A DNA stretch of 64,000 nucleotides from Actinomycetota bacterium (GTDB lineage: Bacteria; Actinomycetota; Humimicrobiia; Humimicrobiales; Humimicrobiaceae): assembly GCA_051744345.1 (NCBI GenBank), contig JBNJCW010000003.1, positions 196 through 64,195 on the forward strand. The letters run 5' to 3'. How positions within the stretch are numbered: the first letter of the stretch is position 1; every line of letters starts with the position of its first letter. This document shows, one piece after another, positions 29,268 to 39,359 of this stretch. The notes under the pieces are model-generated. The model worked only from the letters and a program-made list of their open reading frames with translations. It did not search any database and was not told where the DNA came from. The position numbers and the translations under genes were made by a program.

Positions 29268-30914
29268 TTACTTCACCTCTAAGAATTTATGTGTATAGTC
29301 AAAAGGTTCAAAAGAATCATACAGCCTGTCCAGCAGCTTAAAGTCATATTTATTCAGGTAATTGAAAAGGCTTATTCTCCTTTCCTGTAAATTGCCGTCA
29401 GGCAAAAGGTTTAACTTCAGCTTGTAAACTCCCTCACTTATATGCCTGTTCTGCTTCCTGTACTCGGAAAAAAGTTTGTTTTTAAGCACACCTGTCTCCT
29501 TTGACAGGTTCCTTTTTATCCGGTCAAAAGAGCTTGAAACATCCATCAGGTTTGAGAAAATTTCCTGTCTGGCCTTTTCTATCCTGTTAATTATATCATG
29601 GTTGAGCTCAGACACTATCCTTTCAATATCAAAATCCAGAAATTTTTTTAATACCATCTTTTCAACCTCTCCCGTGCTTTTGGAAAGCATACCATAGTCC
29701 AGCTGGTATTTTTCAAGAACTTTTTTTACCTTCTTCTCTACCAGGGTCGCCGAAAATCTGGGATATATAACCGGCAGTTTTTTTCCCCTATGATGGTAGA
29801 CATCCTTAAGCTGGGCAAAATAACTTACCTCTCCCGGCCCGCATACCGTAGCCAGAACCGGAAAAACGGTATCCTGTAAAAGAGGCCTTAGAACCACATT
29901 GGGACATAAAGCCCCTATATTTTCCCTGGCCATATCAGCCAGCAGGTCCGGACTATAGTTTCTCCCGCTGAGACGAAAACTTTTGTTTCTGTAAGTTATC
30001 CTGTTTCTTTTTCCACCAGAAGCAAAAAAGAAATTCAGGGTGTCCGGGCTGCTTTTAATCTGGGCATGGTAGCCCGCCTTTTCAAGTCTCCTGCCCGCAC
30101 TTTCAACCATAGCATTTACAGCCCCAAAATCCTCAATATCTGATTTTATAACCTCCCAGCCCAGACTCTTTATCCCTTCAAGAGCCGGGTCAATTATCAC
30201 CAGACCCCGGGCAGAAAAAAGCTTAAGCAGAACCGAAGAAAAAAGGTCGGCTGCCGTAAGGCCGTCTCCTTGGGATGCTTCCCGGATACAGCTGTTCAGA
30301 AAGCCGGTTATTTTTTCCCTGAAATCAGTAGGCGCAAGCTTATCCTTTAGCTTACTCAAAACCTGCATTGCCTGCCCGCGGCTAACCGAAAGATCTGAAA
30401 ACCTTATGCCCTCTTTTAAATCCCCCATAACCACATCCTCAATGTTTTCCCCTGAAAATACGCTTATGCTGTTGATCTGGCCGGTATTGCTGTCATCGGA
30501 TGCATTCCAGAAGCAGGGCACCACGTTTACATTTAACTGGTTTTGCAGGTATTCGGCCATCCTTATTACCGTAATAGCCTTATAGGTTAAAAACAGGGGC
30601 CCTCCGAAAAGTAAGGGCTGCTGCCCTCCAATAACCACCAATGAGCCCCTGTCCCCTAACTTTTCTATATTACTGATTGTTTCTTTGCCGCACCCCAGGC
30701 TTTGGTTATGTGCGGCAAGGATTTCCGAGAGTTTTTTCCTTAAGCTGTGATTATAATTTCGGGCTACCTCTTCTGCCCTTTTCCTGTAGCTATCAGCCAG
30801 CCTGTGGTCGAAACAATAGAATTGTTCCAGATTACCAAATTCAAACAGGTAATCATAAAACAGATTATTATAATAGAATTCCCTATCCGAACTGCCTTCC
30901 CTGATACCCTTCAC
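29268..30914 (-). CDS. bshC: Putative bacillithiol biosynthesis cysteine-adding enzyme BshC
   Basis: 548 aa, the size of BshC. Its C-terminus has ...LLPDGNLQERRISLFNYLNKYDF... (a QER region), and it sits immediately upstream of bshB-bshA. Confidence 0.55.
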   Translation of the reverse strand: MKGIREGSSDREFYYNNLFYDYLFEFGNLEQFYCFDHRLADSYRKRAEEVARNYNHSLRKKLSEILAAHNQSLGCGKETISNIEKLGDRGSLVVIGGQQPLLFGGPLFLTYKAITVIRMAEYLQNQLNVNVVPCFWNASDDSNTGQINSISVFSGENIEDVVMGDLKEGIRFSDLSVSRGQAMQVLSKLKDKLAPTDFREKITGFLNSCIREASQGDGLTAADLFSSVLLKLFSARGLVIIDPALEGIKSLGWEVIKSDIEDFGAVNAMVESAGRRLEKAGYHAQIKSSPDTLNFFFASGGKRNRITYRNKSFRLSGRNYSPDLLADMARENIGALCPNVVLRPLLQDTVFPVLATVCGPGEVSYFAQLKDVYHHRGKKLPVIYPRFSATLVEKKVKKVLEKYQLDYGMLSKSTGEVEKMVLKKFLDFDIERIVSELNHDIINRIEKARQEIFSNLMDVSSSFDRIKRNLSKETGVLKNKLFSEYRKQNRHISEGVYKLKLNLLPDGNLQERRISLFNYLNKYDFKLLDRLYDSFEPFDYTHKFLEVK

Positions 30915-30972
30915 CCTTTTACAATTTATTTAAAAATTATAATATACCATATAATACAATATACTAATTAAA

Positions 30973-32427
30973 ATGAATAATAGATTAAATAGAATAAGCC
31001 AGCACCTGAAAAACCCTCAGAATACAGGCCAGATAAAAGATGCGGATGCCGCCTCACAGGCAGGCTCAGCCTCCTGCAGGAACCTGGTAAAGTTCAGCGC
31101 TCAAATAAAGAAAAATACCATAGAGGATATAAGGTTTAAGGCTTTCGGCTGCGACTGGACCATAGCCTCTGCCAGCTACATTACTGCCCTGGCCAGAGGA
31201 AAAGGCCTCTGGGATGCAGCCAAAATAAGCATAGAAGACATCCAGCTTTATTTCGGCGCCATCCCCCGGCAGAAAATTCAGGCCGCCGCCTCTGTTATTG
31301 ATGCCTTTTCCGGGCTTATCTCAAGCTATGTATCCAAGAACACAAAAAACCTTTACCCCCTGGATTCAAACAGGGTCGCAGTAGCCATGAGCGGCGGAAT
31401 TGACAGCTCTGTTTCAGCTAAGATCCTGAAAGATAAAGGATATGATATCTTTGGGCTGACCATGAAGATTCTCCCCGATGCCCATGATTTCGAAGGCCAG
31501 GATAAGACCTGCTGCTCACCAACCGACATACGCCTGGCCAGAGAAGTTTGCTCCCATCTGGGTATCCCCCATTTTGTAATAGACCTTGTAAGCCAGTTTA
31601 AGCAAACCCTAATAGACGGTTTTTTAAACGAATACCTTCAAGGAAGGACCCCCAACCCCTGCGTGGACTGCAATAAATATATCAAGTTCGGGCAGCTTTT
31701 AGGAAAAGCTTTCATGCTGGGGGCAGCACATATGGCCAGCGGCCACTACTGCATACTGGAGAAAGCATCCGGGGACAGCCTGGCTATAAGGAAAGCCGTT
31801 GACCGTACCAAGGACCAGAGCTATATGCTGTGGAGACTCAGCCAGGACCAGCTCGAGCATATAAAATTTCCGCTGGGAAAATTCCACAAGCAAAAAATAA
31901 AGGATATGGGGAAAAGGTATTTTCCCTTTCTTGGAGAAAAACCCGAAAGCCAGGACATATGCTTTATCGGGGAGAAAGGATACCACCAGCTGCTCTCAGG
32001 TTACAGCATAGGTGAAGGAAAAATAGTCAATGGGCAGGGCAAAATACTGGGCACCCACAAGGGATACCCCTATTATACCATCGGCCAGAGAAAAGGCCTG
32101 GGCATAAGCCATAACAGGCCTCTGTATGTAAAAAAGATAATACCATCCGAAAATATTATTGTGGTTGGAGAAAAACAAGAGCTTTTGCAAAAGGAATTTA
32201 AGATTGGGGATATAAATTTTATCTCCGGAAAACCTCCAGCCGCAAGTTTTAATGCTCAGGTAATGATAAGGTATAAATTTGACCCTGCGCCAGCGGTTAT
32301 AAGAATGTCAGGCAAAAAAACAGCAATATGCATATTTGACCGGCCCCAGCCTGCCATTACCCCCGGGCAGTCAGCAGTTTTTTACCAGAATGATTTACTG
32401 CTGGGAGGAGGAATCATAGTTAAATAA
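30973..32427 (+). CDS. mnmA: tRNA 2-thiouridylase MnmA with an N-terminal IscU/NifU-like domain of about 125 aa
   Basis: 484 aa. Residues about 10-115 align with IscU (HLKNPQNTG..., [15 protein letters not shown]). Then come the PP-loop [15 protein letters not shown], the [12 protein letters not shown] CxxC and the [10 protein letters not shown] catalytic-Cys regions of MnmA. Confidence 0.8.
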   Translation: MNNRLNRISQHLKNPQNTGQIKDADAASQAGSASCRNLVKFSAQIKKNTIEDIRFKAFGCDWTIASASYITALARGKGLWDAAKISIEDIQLYFGAIPRQKIQAAASVIDAFSGLISSYVSKNTKNLYPLDSNRVAVAMSGGIDSSVSAKILKDKGYDIFGLTMKILPDAHDFEGQDKTCCSPTDIRLAREVCSHLGIPHFVIDLVSQFKQTLIDGFLNEYLQGRTPNPCVDCNKYIKFGQLLGKAFMLGAAHMASGHYCILEKASGDSLAIRKAVDRTKDQSYMLWRLSQDQLEHIKFPLGKFHKQKIKDMGKRYFPFLGEKPESQDICFIGEKGYHQLLSGYSIGEGKIVNGQGKILGTHKGYPYYTIGQRKGLGISHNRPLYVKKIIPSENIIVVGEKQELLQKEFKIGDINFISGKPPAASFNAQVMIRYKFDPAPAVIRMSGKKTAICIFDRPQPAITPGQSAVFYQNDLLLGGGIIVK

Positions 32428-33330
32428 TTGCGTGCTCAGGTACCTTTCTCCTCCGTCAGGAAGCACCACCACCAAATTCCCCTTTTCCTGCCCGGCAAGC
32501 TTCATCGCTGCCCACATAGCCGCCCCTGAAGATATTCCGGCGAGTATACCTTCTTCTTCAGCCAGCCTCCTTGCGGTATGTATGGCGTCCTCTTCAGTTA
32601 CAGTTACTGTCTTATCTATCAGGCTGATATCAAGGACCTCGGGTATAAAACCGGCCCCAATTCCCTGAATCTTATGCGGCCCCGGCTTTCCTCCGGAGAG
32701 CACGGGAGAAGCATGGGGCTCAACTGCCACCAGGCTGATATCGGGGTTTTTGCTTTTAAGGTAACGGCCGCATCCGGTTAATGTACCCCCGGTACCAATC
32801 CCGCACACCAGCAGGTCAACTGAGCCCTGCATCTGTTCCCATATCTCCACAGCAGTAGTTCTCTGGTGTATCGCAGGATTAGCCGGATTGCTGAACTGCT
32901 GGCATATAAACGAATTTTCCATATCTCCTGCCAGTTCTTTTGCCTTCTCAATTGCTCCTTTCATTCCCCCTTCCGGCGCAGTTAAAACAATTTCTGCACC
33001 CAGGGCAGCCAGTAATTTCCGCCTTTCTATGCTCATGCTTTCAGGCATGGTTAAAATAAGCCTGTAGCCCTTTACTGCACAGACAATGGCCAGTCCTATG
33101 CCGGTATTGCCGCTGGTAGGCTCGATTACCACCGTACCTTCAGTTATCTTTTTTTCCTTCTCCGCTGCCTCAACCATACTCAGGGCTATCCTGTCTTTTA
33201 CGCTTCCCCCGGGGTTAAAAGACTCCAATTTGGCAAAAATCGCTCCCCCTGCTCCCATTTTTTCTATACTGACCAAAGGCGTATTGCCGATGGTGTCAAG
33301 TATGTTTTTAACCCAGGCCATTTTAAACAT
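32395..33330 (-). CDS. cysK: Cysteine synthase A (O-acetylserine sulfhydrylase)
   Basis: 311 aa PLP enzyme. IGNTPLV...[14 protein letters not shown] contains the PLP-lysine motif. It overlaps the mnmA end convergently by 33 nt. Confidence 0.85.
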   Translation of the reverse strand: MFKMAWVKNILDTIGNTPLVSIEKMGAGGAIFAKLESFNPGGSVKDRIALSMVEAAEKEKKITEGTVVIEPTSGNTGIGLAIVCAVKGYRLILTMPESMSIERRKLLAALGAEIVLTAPEGGMKGAIEKAKELAGDMENSFICQQFSNPANPAIHQRTTAVEIWEQMQGSVDLLVCGIGTGGTLTGCGRYLKSKNPDISLVAVEPHASPVLSGGKPGPHKIQGIGAGFIPEVLDISLIDKTVTVTEEDAIHTARRLAEEEGILAGISSGAAMWAAMKLAGQEKGNLVVVLPDGGERYLSTQLFNYDSSSQQ

Positions 33331-33352
33331 CCTTCCTTTTTTATCTTATTCC

Positions 33353-33901
33353 TTATTCAAATCTCTCTACCATATACCTGTATTTCTTATGTATAAGTTT
33401 TCTGTCAAATTCCCAGAAATCTTTTACCATTTCTTTGGTCTGGTCCTTGCTAAAATAGCCCAGGCATCTTCTGAACAGCCCCTGCTCCTCATGTCTGGCA
33501 TGCCGGGGAAGAAAACCGGCAAGTTTTCTCAATCCCTGATAAATATCATCAATCTCATCGGTAAACCCCCGGCTGTATTCCTCCCTGGCATGGGAAAGGG
33601 CGGCCACCATTTTTCTTTCATGCCCGTGCTCTTCTCTGAGATGGCTGATACTGACACTGTCTTCTGTGTTTATATCTTTGGAGCTTAAACAGTCAAAGAG
33701 CAGCTCCTCTTTTCCCTGATGACAGCCCCTGACGTATGCTTCTATAAAATCCACGATATTATCAATCAAGAAAAGGTTTGCGGTTGACCTCTCCTTTAAC
33801 CGGTCCAGTTCACTATCCATAATGGCATGCATTCTCAATATCAAATCATGCTCGCTTTTTAAGATACTTACAGGATCCATAATTTTCCTGGTTGAATACA
33901 A
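33353..33901 (-). CDS. Hemerythrin-like (HHE cation-binding) domain protein
   Basis: 182 aa with repeated H..E and H...E motifs (SEHDLI, EEHGHER, RHARHEE). Confidence 0.5.
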   Translation of the reverse strand: MYSTRKIMDPVSILKSEHDLILRMHAIMDSELDRLKERSTANLFLIDNIVDFIEAYVRGCHQGKEELLFDCLSSKDINTEDSVSISHLREEHGHERKMVAALSHAREEYSRGFTDEIDDIYQGLRKLAGFLPRHARHEEQGLFRRCLGYFSKDQTKEMVKDFWEFDRKLIHKKYRYMVERFE

Positions 33902-34119
33902 TAAACATAATTATATAATATACAAAATTTTTGAGTACCTCTATTTTCCAGACATACTTCCTTAAATTATAACGGGCAATCTGTTTGCAGGAGGCAGGAA
34001 TTTCTGCACGTCCGTAAACATTCAGACCAGCTCTGAACAAAGCCAACCTTGTAATTCCAGGCTTCTTGTTTTAATCCCAAAAAATTTTTAAACTGAAAAC
34101 AAATAATAAATGCAAAACA

Positions 34120-34698
34120 ATGGATAAATTACAGAATTATAAAAAGAAAAGGGACTTCAGTAAAACATTCGAGCCGCCGGGAGAAGCTAAAAGCAGTAAA
34201 AACGCGCTCATCTATGTAATACAGAAGCATAAGGCAAAAACACTCCATTATGACTTAAGGCTGGAAGTCTCAGGTGTGCTGAAATCCTGGGCAGTACCCA
34301 AGGGCCCCTCCACCGATCCTTCACAGAAAAAACTTGCATTGCCCACCGAAGACCATCCCCTTGACTATGCCTATTTTGAGGGCAGGATTCCTGAAGGCCA
34401 GTACGGCGCAGGTACGGTAATAGTTTGGGACAGGGGCCGCTACAAGAATCTAAAAGAAAATATATCCCCGGAGCAAGCTTTAGAGCAGGGAAAGTTTGAG
34501 GTTTTTATCGAAGGCCAGAAACTAAAAGGGGCATATGTCCTTCTAAGAACAGGCAAAAAAGATGAGCAGAACCCCAGATGGCTTTTTATAAAAATGAAAG
34601 ACCGGTATGCAGATGCCCGCAGGAATCCTACCAGCACAGAGCCGCAATCAGTTATAAGCGGAATGACTATTGAGGATTTGGAAAAAGAAAATGGGTGA
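34120..34698 (+). CDS. LigD 3'-phosphoesterase (PE) domain protein
   Basis: 192 aa. [18 protein letters not shown] is the LigD_PE signature. Confidence 0.75.
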   Translation: MDKLQNYKKKRDFSKTFEPPGEAKSSKNALIYVIQKHKAKTLHYDLRLEVSGVLKSWAVPKGPSTDPSQKKLALPTEDHPLDYAYFEGRIPEGQYGAGTVIVWDRGRYKNLKENISPEQALEQGKFEVFIEGQKLKGAYVLLRTGKKDEQNPRWLFIKMKDRYADARRNPTSTEPQSVISGMTIEDLEKENG

Positions 34699-35692
34699 GC
34701 AGATTTCACTCCAGGATATTTTAAGCCAGCAAGAGCTTGAAAAGACCAGGCAAGAAGAAATCCCAGAATTTTTTGAGCCAATGCTTGCTACCCTCACCAA
34801 AGATTATTTCAACCACAAATCCTGGATTTATGAAAGGAAGCTTGATGGGGAAAGAGCACTTGCCTTCTGCAGGGAGGGAAAAGTAAACCTTGCCTCGAGG
34901 AACAATAAGGACCTCAACCCCAGGTATCCCGAAATCGTCCGGGCATTGGAAAACTACAGCAAGGATTTTGTAATAGATGGTGAAATTGTAGCTTTCCGGG
35001 GAAACAAAACCAGTTTTGGAAAACTCCAGAAAAGGATGCATTCCTATCCGGAAGCCAAAGATTTTAAAATAAAGGTATATTATTATGTTTTTGATATAAT
35101 TTTTTTCCAGAACTTCAATTTAAGCAAGCTTGAGCTCACACAAAGGAAAAGAATACTTAAGAGAATCTTTGTTTTCAAACAGCCTGTCCGCTTCCTTGTC
35201 CACCGGAGGGAAAATGGAATTGCCTACTTCAGGCAAGCCTGCAGGAAAAGCTGGGAAGGCATTATAGCTAAGGACGGTTGCAGCACTTATGCGGGAGGCC
35301 GATCAAAGAAATGGCTTAAATTTAAATGCATAAACCGGCAGGAATTTGTGATAGGAGGTTATACCCGGCCCCAAAGCTCAAGGATTGGCTTTGGTGCGCT
35401 GCTCATAGGTTATTACAGCAACGGCAACCTGATCTACGCCGGGAAAACCGGAACCGGTTTTGATGATGAAACCCTTGGTTTCCTTAAAGAAAAATTTAAA
35501 AAACTCAAAGTCTCCCAGTCACCCTTCTTCCAGCCAGCAAAAATAAGGGATAAAGATGTCCGCTGGCTTAAACCGGTGCTGGTGTGTGAAGTAGGTTTTA
35601 CCGAATGGACCAGTGACGGCAAATTAAGGCATCCCCGCTACCTTGGCTTGAGGGAGGACAAAGATCCCCGGGAGGTAACCAAAGAAAGATGA
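34670..35692 (+). CDS. ATP-dependent DNA ligase (LigD ligase domain)
   Basis: 340 aa with the YERKLDGER motif-I lysine (KxDG). The start is either at 34670 or at the MGEQ at 34691 that overlaps the PE stop. Confidence 0.8.
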   Translation: MRIWKKKMGEQISLQDILSQQELEKTRQEEIPEFFEPMLATLTKDYFNHKSWIYERKLDGERALAFCREGKVNLASRNNKDLNPRYPEIVRALENYSKDFVIDGEIVAFRGNKTSFGKLQKRMHSYPEAKDFKIKVYYYVFDIIFFQNFNLSKLELTQRKRILKRIFVFKQPVRFLVHRRENGIAYFRQACRKSWEGIIAKDGCSTYAGGRSKKWLKFKCINRQEFVIGGYTRPQSSRIGFGALLIGYYSNGNLIYAGKTGTGFDDETLGFLKEKFKKLKVSQSPFFQPAKIRDKDVRWLKPVLVCEVGFTEWTSDGKLRHPRYLGLREDKDPREVTKER

Positions 35693-36585
35693 GCAAAAAA
35701 ACCTATAAATATGATGGCAAAAGGATAACCGTATCCAACCTTGAAAAAATATTTTATCCTGATAAGGGCTATACCAAAAAAGATATAATAGGCTACTACA
35801 TAAAAATTGCACAGGTCATCCTTCCGCACCTGAGAAACAGGCCGTTAAACATGCACAGGGCCCCGGACGGGCTGAAAGGAGAAAATTTTTACCAGCAGGA
35901 CATATCGGACTATTTTCCCCAATGGATAGACCGGATAAGCATAAGAAAAAAAGAGGGCGGAACAATAACCCACGTATTATGCAATAAAAAGGAAACCCTG
36001 CTCTACCTTGCCGGACAGGCAGTTATCACCATGCACGTCTGGCTCAGCACAACAGCTTATCTTAATAAACCCGACAAACTTTTATTTGACCTGGACCCCC
36101 CGCAGGACAGCGGATTTGAATCCGTGAAAAGGGGGGCATTGAAGCTGAAGGAATACTTTGACAGCTTTTCAGTGAAATCCTTCGTCATGACCACCGGCTC
36201 CAAGGGGCTCCATGTGGCAGTCCCCCTTGTACCCGAATATGAATTCGATGAAGTAAGGCTTGCTGCAAAGAAAATTGCAGCAAGCCTTACACGTAATTTC
36301 CCTGAATGTTTTACCACTGAACAGCCCAAAGCAAAAAGAGAGGGGAGGCTCTTTCTGGATTACCTGAGGAACTCCTACGGGCAGACCAGCGTCTGTCCCT
36401 ACTCGCTGAGGATACTTCCCCGTGCACCGGCAGCCACCCCCCTTGACTGGGAAGAATTAAAAAAGCCAGGCCTTAATGCCCGGACCTACCATCTGGGAAA
36501 TATCCCCAAAAGGCTTGGGCAGAAAAAAGATCCCTGGAAGGATTTCAATGAGCACAGGTTAAGCTTGAAAAAAATATCCAGATAA
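35689..36585 (+). CDS. LigD polymerase/primase (Prim-Pol) domain protein
   Basis: 298 aa LigD_Pol-like protein. Its ATG overlaps the ligase stop (ATGA). Confidence 0.75.
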   Translation: MSKKTYKYDGKRITVSNLEKIFYPDKGYTKKDIIGYYIKIAQVILPHLRNRPLNMHRAPDGLKGENFYQQDISDYFPQWIDRISIRKKEGGTITHVLCNKKETLLYLAGQAVITMHVWLSTTAYLNKPDKLLFDLDPPQDSGFESVKRGALKLKEYFDSFSVKSFVMTTGSKGLHVAVPLVPEYEFDEVRLAAKKIAASLTRNFPECFTTEQPKAKREGRLFLDYLRNSYGQTSVCPYSLRILPRAPAATPLDWEELKKPGLNARTYHLGNIPKRLGQKKDPWKDFNEHRLSLKKISR

Positions 36586-36687
36586 CTATGAAAAAGCGTG
36601 TTTGCAAAAAATACTGATAGATAATGTTATTATAAGATAGAAAGGTAATCTTTAATTTCCTGTCCGGCCCTACGGGAGGAATCCAGC

Positions 36688-36891
36688 ATGGAAAAAAAAT
36701 TAGACTACGACCAGCTGCTCTACCTCATAGAAGAGGCAGAAGCTCTAGAAACAAAAATAATAGAAATGCTTAAGGCCTCAGAAAATATGCCGGAGACCCG
36801 GAGAGGTAAATATTTTGATAAAATCAAGGAACTGGAAGCAAAAATATCCAATATCAAAATTTTTTTAGAGTCATACCTTAAACAGGATTAA
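36688..36891 (+). CDS. Small hypothetical coiled-coil protein
   Basis: 67 aa ORF with a plausible GGAGGAA ribosome-binding site 5 nt upstream; no recognisable domain. Confidence 0.3.
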   Translation: MEKKLDYDQLLYLIEEAEALETKIIEMLKASENMPETRRGKYFDKIKELEAKISNIKIFLESYLKQD

Positions 36892-37583
36892 AATGCTATC
36901 TGCATCCTTAACCCAAGTCCGTCTTTCTCTTCCCCTGGGGGCACAAACTGAAGTCCCTGCTTTCCTTTCCCGGCAGTTATGGCAAGTATGATGGCATCGG
37001 CTATATCATCATATGCTGCCATTCTCCTCCTGTATTTGTTTGCCGAATCAAGGTAAACCTTAAAAGCTTCAGGCTCGATATTTTTTATAATATCCAGCCT
37101 CTGCTTCCTGCCCCGGGAAGTTTTTTTATTACACAGTCCTATTTTTGAAAAACGTGTAAAGCAAATTTCCGGATGGGATTCATAGATTACCCCGGCTGCC
37201 TTCTTTTCTGCTGCCAGAAAATCATTTACCTCCCTGATTTTGGGTATCAGGTTAAAAGACTGCCTGGAAAGCTTCTTACCGCAGTAGGCATGATTTGTCC
37301 TGCTTGCCTGCCAGTAATCATCTATACCCAGAGCTTCCTTTACCGGTGGATTAAAAATTGTTGATTTCCTGCCGGGAGGAAGGAGCTTTCTGGCCAGCTT
37401 TTCGCAACGCCTCTTTCCATAAACACCAATGGGTATATCTATCAACACCAGCCCAAGCGCATTATTGTTTCTCCAGAAATCCGCTATGCCGGCATATAAT
37501 TCAGCTTTCCACCTAATGCCTGTATTTATAACCGCAAACCATCCGCCGCGGCAGCCGTCAATCCCGGCAAAGCTGTTATTCAT
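36888..37583 (-). CDS. DUF429 family protein
   Basis: 231 aa. The N-terminus FAGIDGCRGGWFAVI is characteristic of DUF429. Confidence 0.6.
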   Translation of the reverse strand: MNNSFAGIDGCRGGWFAVINTGIRWKAELYAGIADFWRNNNALGLVLIDIPIGVYGKRRCEKLARKLLPPGRKSTIFNPPVKEALGIDDYWQASRTNHAYCGKKLSRQSFNLIPKIREVNDFLAAEKKAAGVIYESHPEICFTRFSKIGLCNKKTSRGRKQRLDIIKNIEPEAFKVYLDSANKYRRRMAAYDDIADAIILAITAGKGKQGLQFVPPGEEKDGLGLRMQIAF

Positions 37584-37834
37584 TTTTTTATCTTCCCTTT
37601 ATCCCGCCGGGACCCAATACTTCTGCTGAATATAAAAACACCCATTGCATGCCAGAACAGGCCAAAACCCCATCCGCCGGCTACTATCAGAAACCAGTAG
37701 AAGCCGGGCGTGCTAAAAAAATTTACCAGCATAAGAATTACCATTACCACAATATAGGTAAAAAGATGGCTGTAAAATCCTTTTATTTCCTCTACCCTTT
37801 CCCTTGCCTTCAGATACTTTTCTTCTTCATCCAT
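37580..37834 (-). CDS. Small two-TM membrane protein (2TM-domain-like)
   Basis: 84 aa with two hydrophobic helices after a charged N-terminus. It overlaps its neighbours by 4 nt. Confidence 0.4.
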   Translation of the reverse strand: MDEEEKYLKARERVEEIKGFYSHLFTYIVVMVILMLVNFFSTPGFYWFLIVAGGWGFGLFWHAMGVFIFSRSIGSRRDKGKIKK

Positions 37835-37838
37835 AGGC

Positions 37839-38642
37839 CTAGGCTTTTATCCCGGTAGTATAGATTATAAATTTTATTAACCTTACCAGCGTGCCTATGC
37901 TCAGCCCGATTATTATTAGTACAAGTATTACCGTAACCACTGGATTCAATATATGGACAAGGTCTGCACCAGGTATAGCATTAAAATCAAAAGGAAATAT
38001 GGAAAGGAGAGTAGCCGCTGCTGCTATTCCGAATACATTGACAATTATATTTACTACCTGCCTGACACTGTAATGGTCTACTATTATCATCAGAATATTT
38101 CCAGCTGCAGAAAAAGCTACCGCAACAGTAAATATGGGCAGCCATAAGCGGAAATCATCTGTAAGCAGCGGATACCGGTTCCACACTCCTGCACCGTTTA
38201 TTGCCTCGTACTCGTAATAGGCTACGTACTCATAAAAAAAATTAAAAAATATCAGAAAAATTATGTTCCAGGCGATGGCCATGCTGTAGCCGGTAAGCCT
38301 GCCTCCCCTGCTCTCCTCTTCCTTTACAGCTGTTTCAGGGATTTCACTGCTTTTTTTTTCAGCCTCTGGCTGGCCGCCCTTTTTTTCTTCCTTGAAGGCT
38401 TCGCTGATGCTCTCACCAAACCTTTTGGCAGCATTGCCCACTTCCCGGAATTTTTGCCTTACCTCTTCATCTTTAAACCTGTCTCCGAATGCCTTTCCGG
38501 ACTCAGAAGCACTCCTGCCAAATTCCTTCGCTTTCTGTTTAAGCTTGGGGTCATTGAAAACCTTGGCAATGGCCTCCCCAAACTCCTCCATCATCTGGCC
38601 AAAACTCTCTCCAACATCCTTCTTTTTTTCGCCTTCAGCCAT
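37839..38642 (-). CDS. Hypothetical membrane protein with a Lys/Glu-rich N-terminal repeat region (K..FG[ED] repeats)
   Basis: 267 aa. The roughly 120 aa hydrophilic N-terminus has repeated KxFGE motifs and is followed by about 4 TM helices. Confidence 0.4.
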   Translation of the reverse strand: MAEGEKKKDVGESFGQMMEEFGEAIAKVFNDPKLKQKAKEFGRSASESGKAFGDRFKDEEVRQKFREVGNAAKRFGESISEAFKEEKKGGQPEAEKKSSEIPETAVKEEESRGGRLTGYSMAIAWNIIFLIFFNFFYEYVAYYEYEAINGAGVWNRYPLLTDDFRLWLPIFTVAVAFSAAGNILMIIVDHYSVRQVVNIIVNVFGIAAAATLLSIFPFDFNAIPGADLVHILNPVVTVILVLIIIGLSIGTLVRLIKFIIYTTGIKA

Positions 38643-38677
38643 CTTTTCTCCTTTCGGCTAATTTAGCTTGAACCGGT

Positions 38678-39343
38678 TTATTTAACCATATTTTTCTTCA
38701 GGTAGCAGGCTACCGCCTTGCCCAGCCGGGCATGGCTTTCTGCATCGTAGTGTATGCCATCAATATTGCTTGCCTTTATTATTCTGCCCACCTCCAAAAA
38801 GTAACATCCTTTCTGTGAGGCAACTTTTTTAAAATACTGGATCAGTTTCCTGGATTTTGGTTCGGCATCTTCAAACATCTGGGCAAACTCCGTTATCCTG
38901 CCCAGAGGAGGGGGACACATGAGCAAAACCTCAGGCCCCTTTCCATTGGGCCCTGCCTGACTGGCCTGTATAATATCTATAAGAGAACCAATCCCTAAAG
39001 CAATATCATATGGAGATACTGAAAACCTCTTTTTTAAATCATTGGTTCCCAGCATCAGCAGTACATAATCCAGCGGTGCATGGCTTTCCAGGCAAGGGAT
39101 AAGATAAGGCATCCCGTTTTTATGCTTTCCCTCCACCGGGTCATCAAATACGGTAGTCCTCCCGTTTAGGCCTTCCTCTATCACCTTAAAGCCATTTCCC
39201 AGCTCCCGCTGAAGTACTCCAGTCCACCTTTGCTGCCGGCCATAACGCAAATCCCCGGGTGTTATTCCCTCTTCTAAAATATCAAAGCCTACAGGCTTGC
39301 ACCCATAGGTATTGGAATCCCCATAACAAAGAATTGTCTTCAA
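38678..39343 (-). CDS. SGNH/GDSL hydrolase family protein
   Basis: 221 aa. MKTILCYGDSNTYG is the GDS(L) block I, and the catalytic DxxH lies near the C-terminus (IDGIHYD). Confidence 0.7.
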   Translation of the reverse strand: MKTILCYGDSNTYGCKPVGFDILEEGITPGDLRYGRQQRWTGVLQRELGNGFKVIEEGLNGRTTVFDDPVEGKHKNGMPYLIPCLESHAPLDYVLLMLGTNDLKKRFSVSPYDIALGIGSLIDIIQASQAGPNGKGPEVLLMCPPPLGRITEFAQMFEDAEPKSRKLIQYFKKVASQKGCYFLEVGRIIKASNIDGIHYDAESHARLGKAVACYLKKNMVK

Positions 39344-39359
39344 TTCATATCACCGCCAA

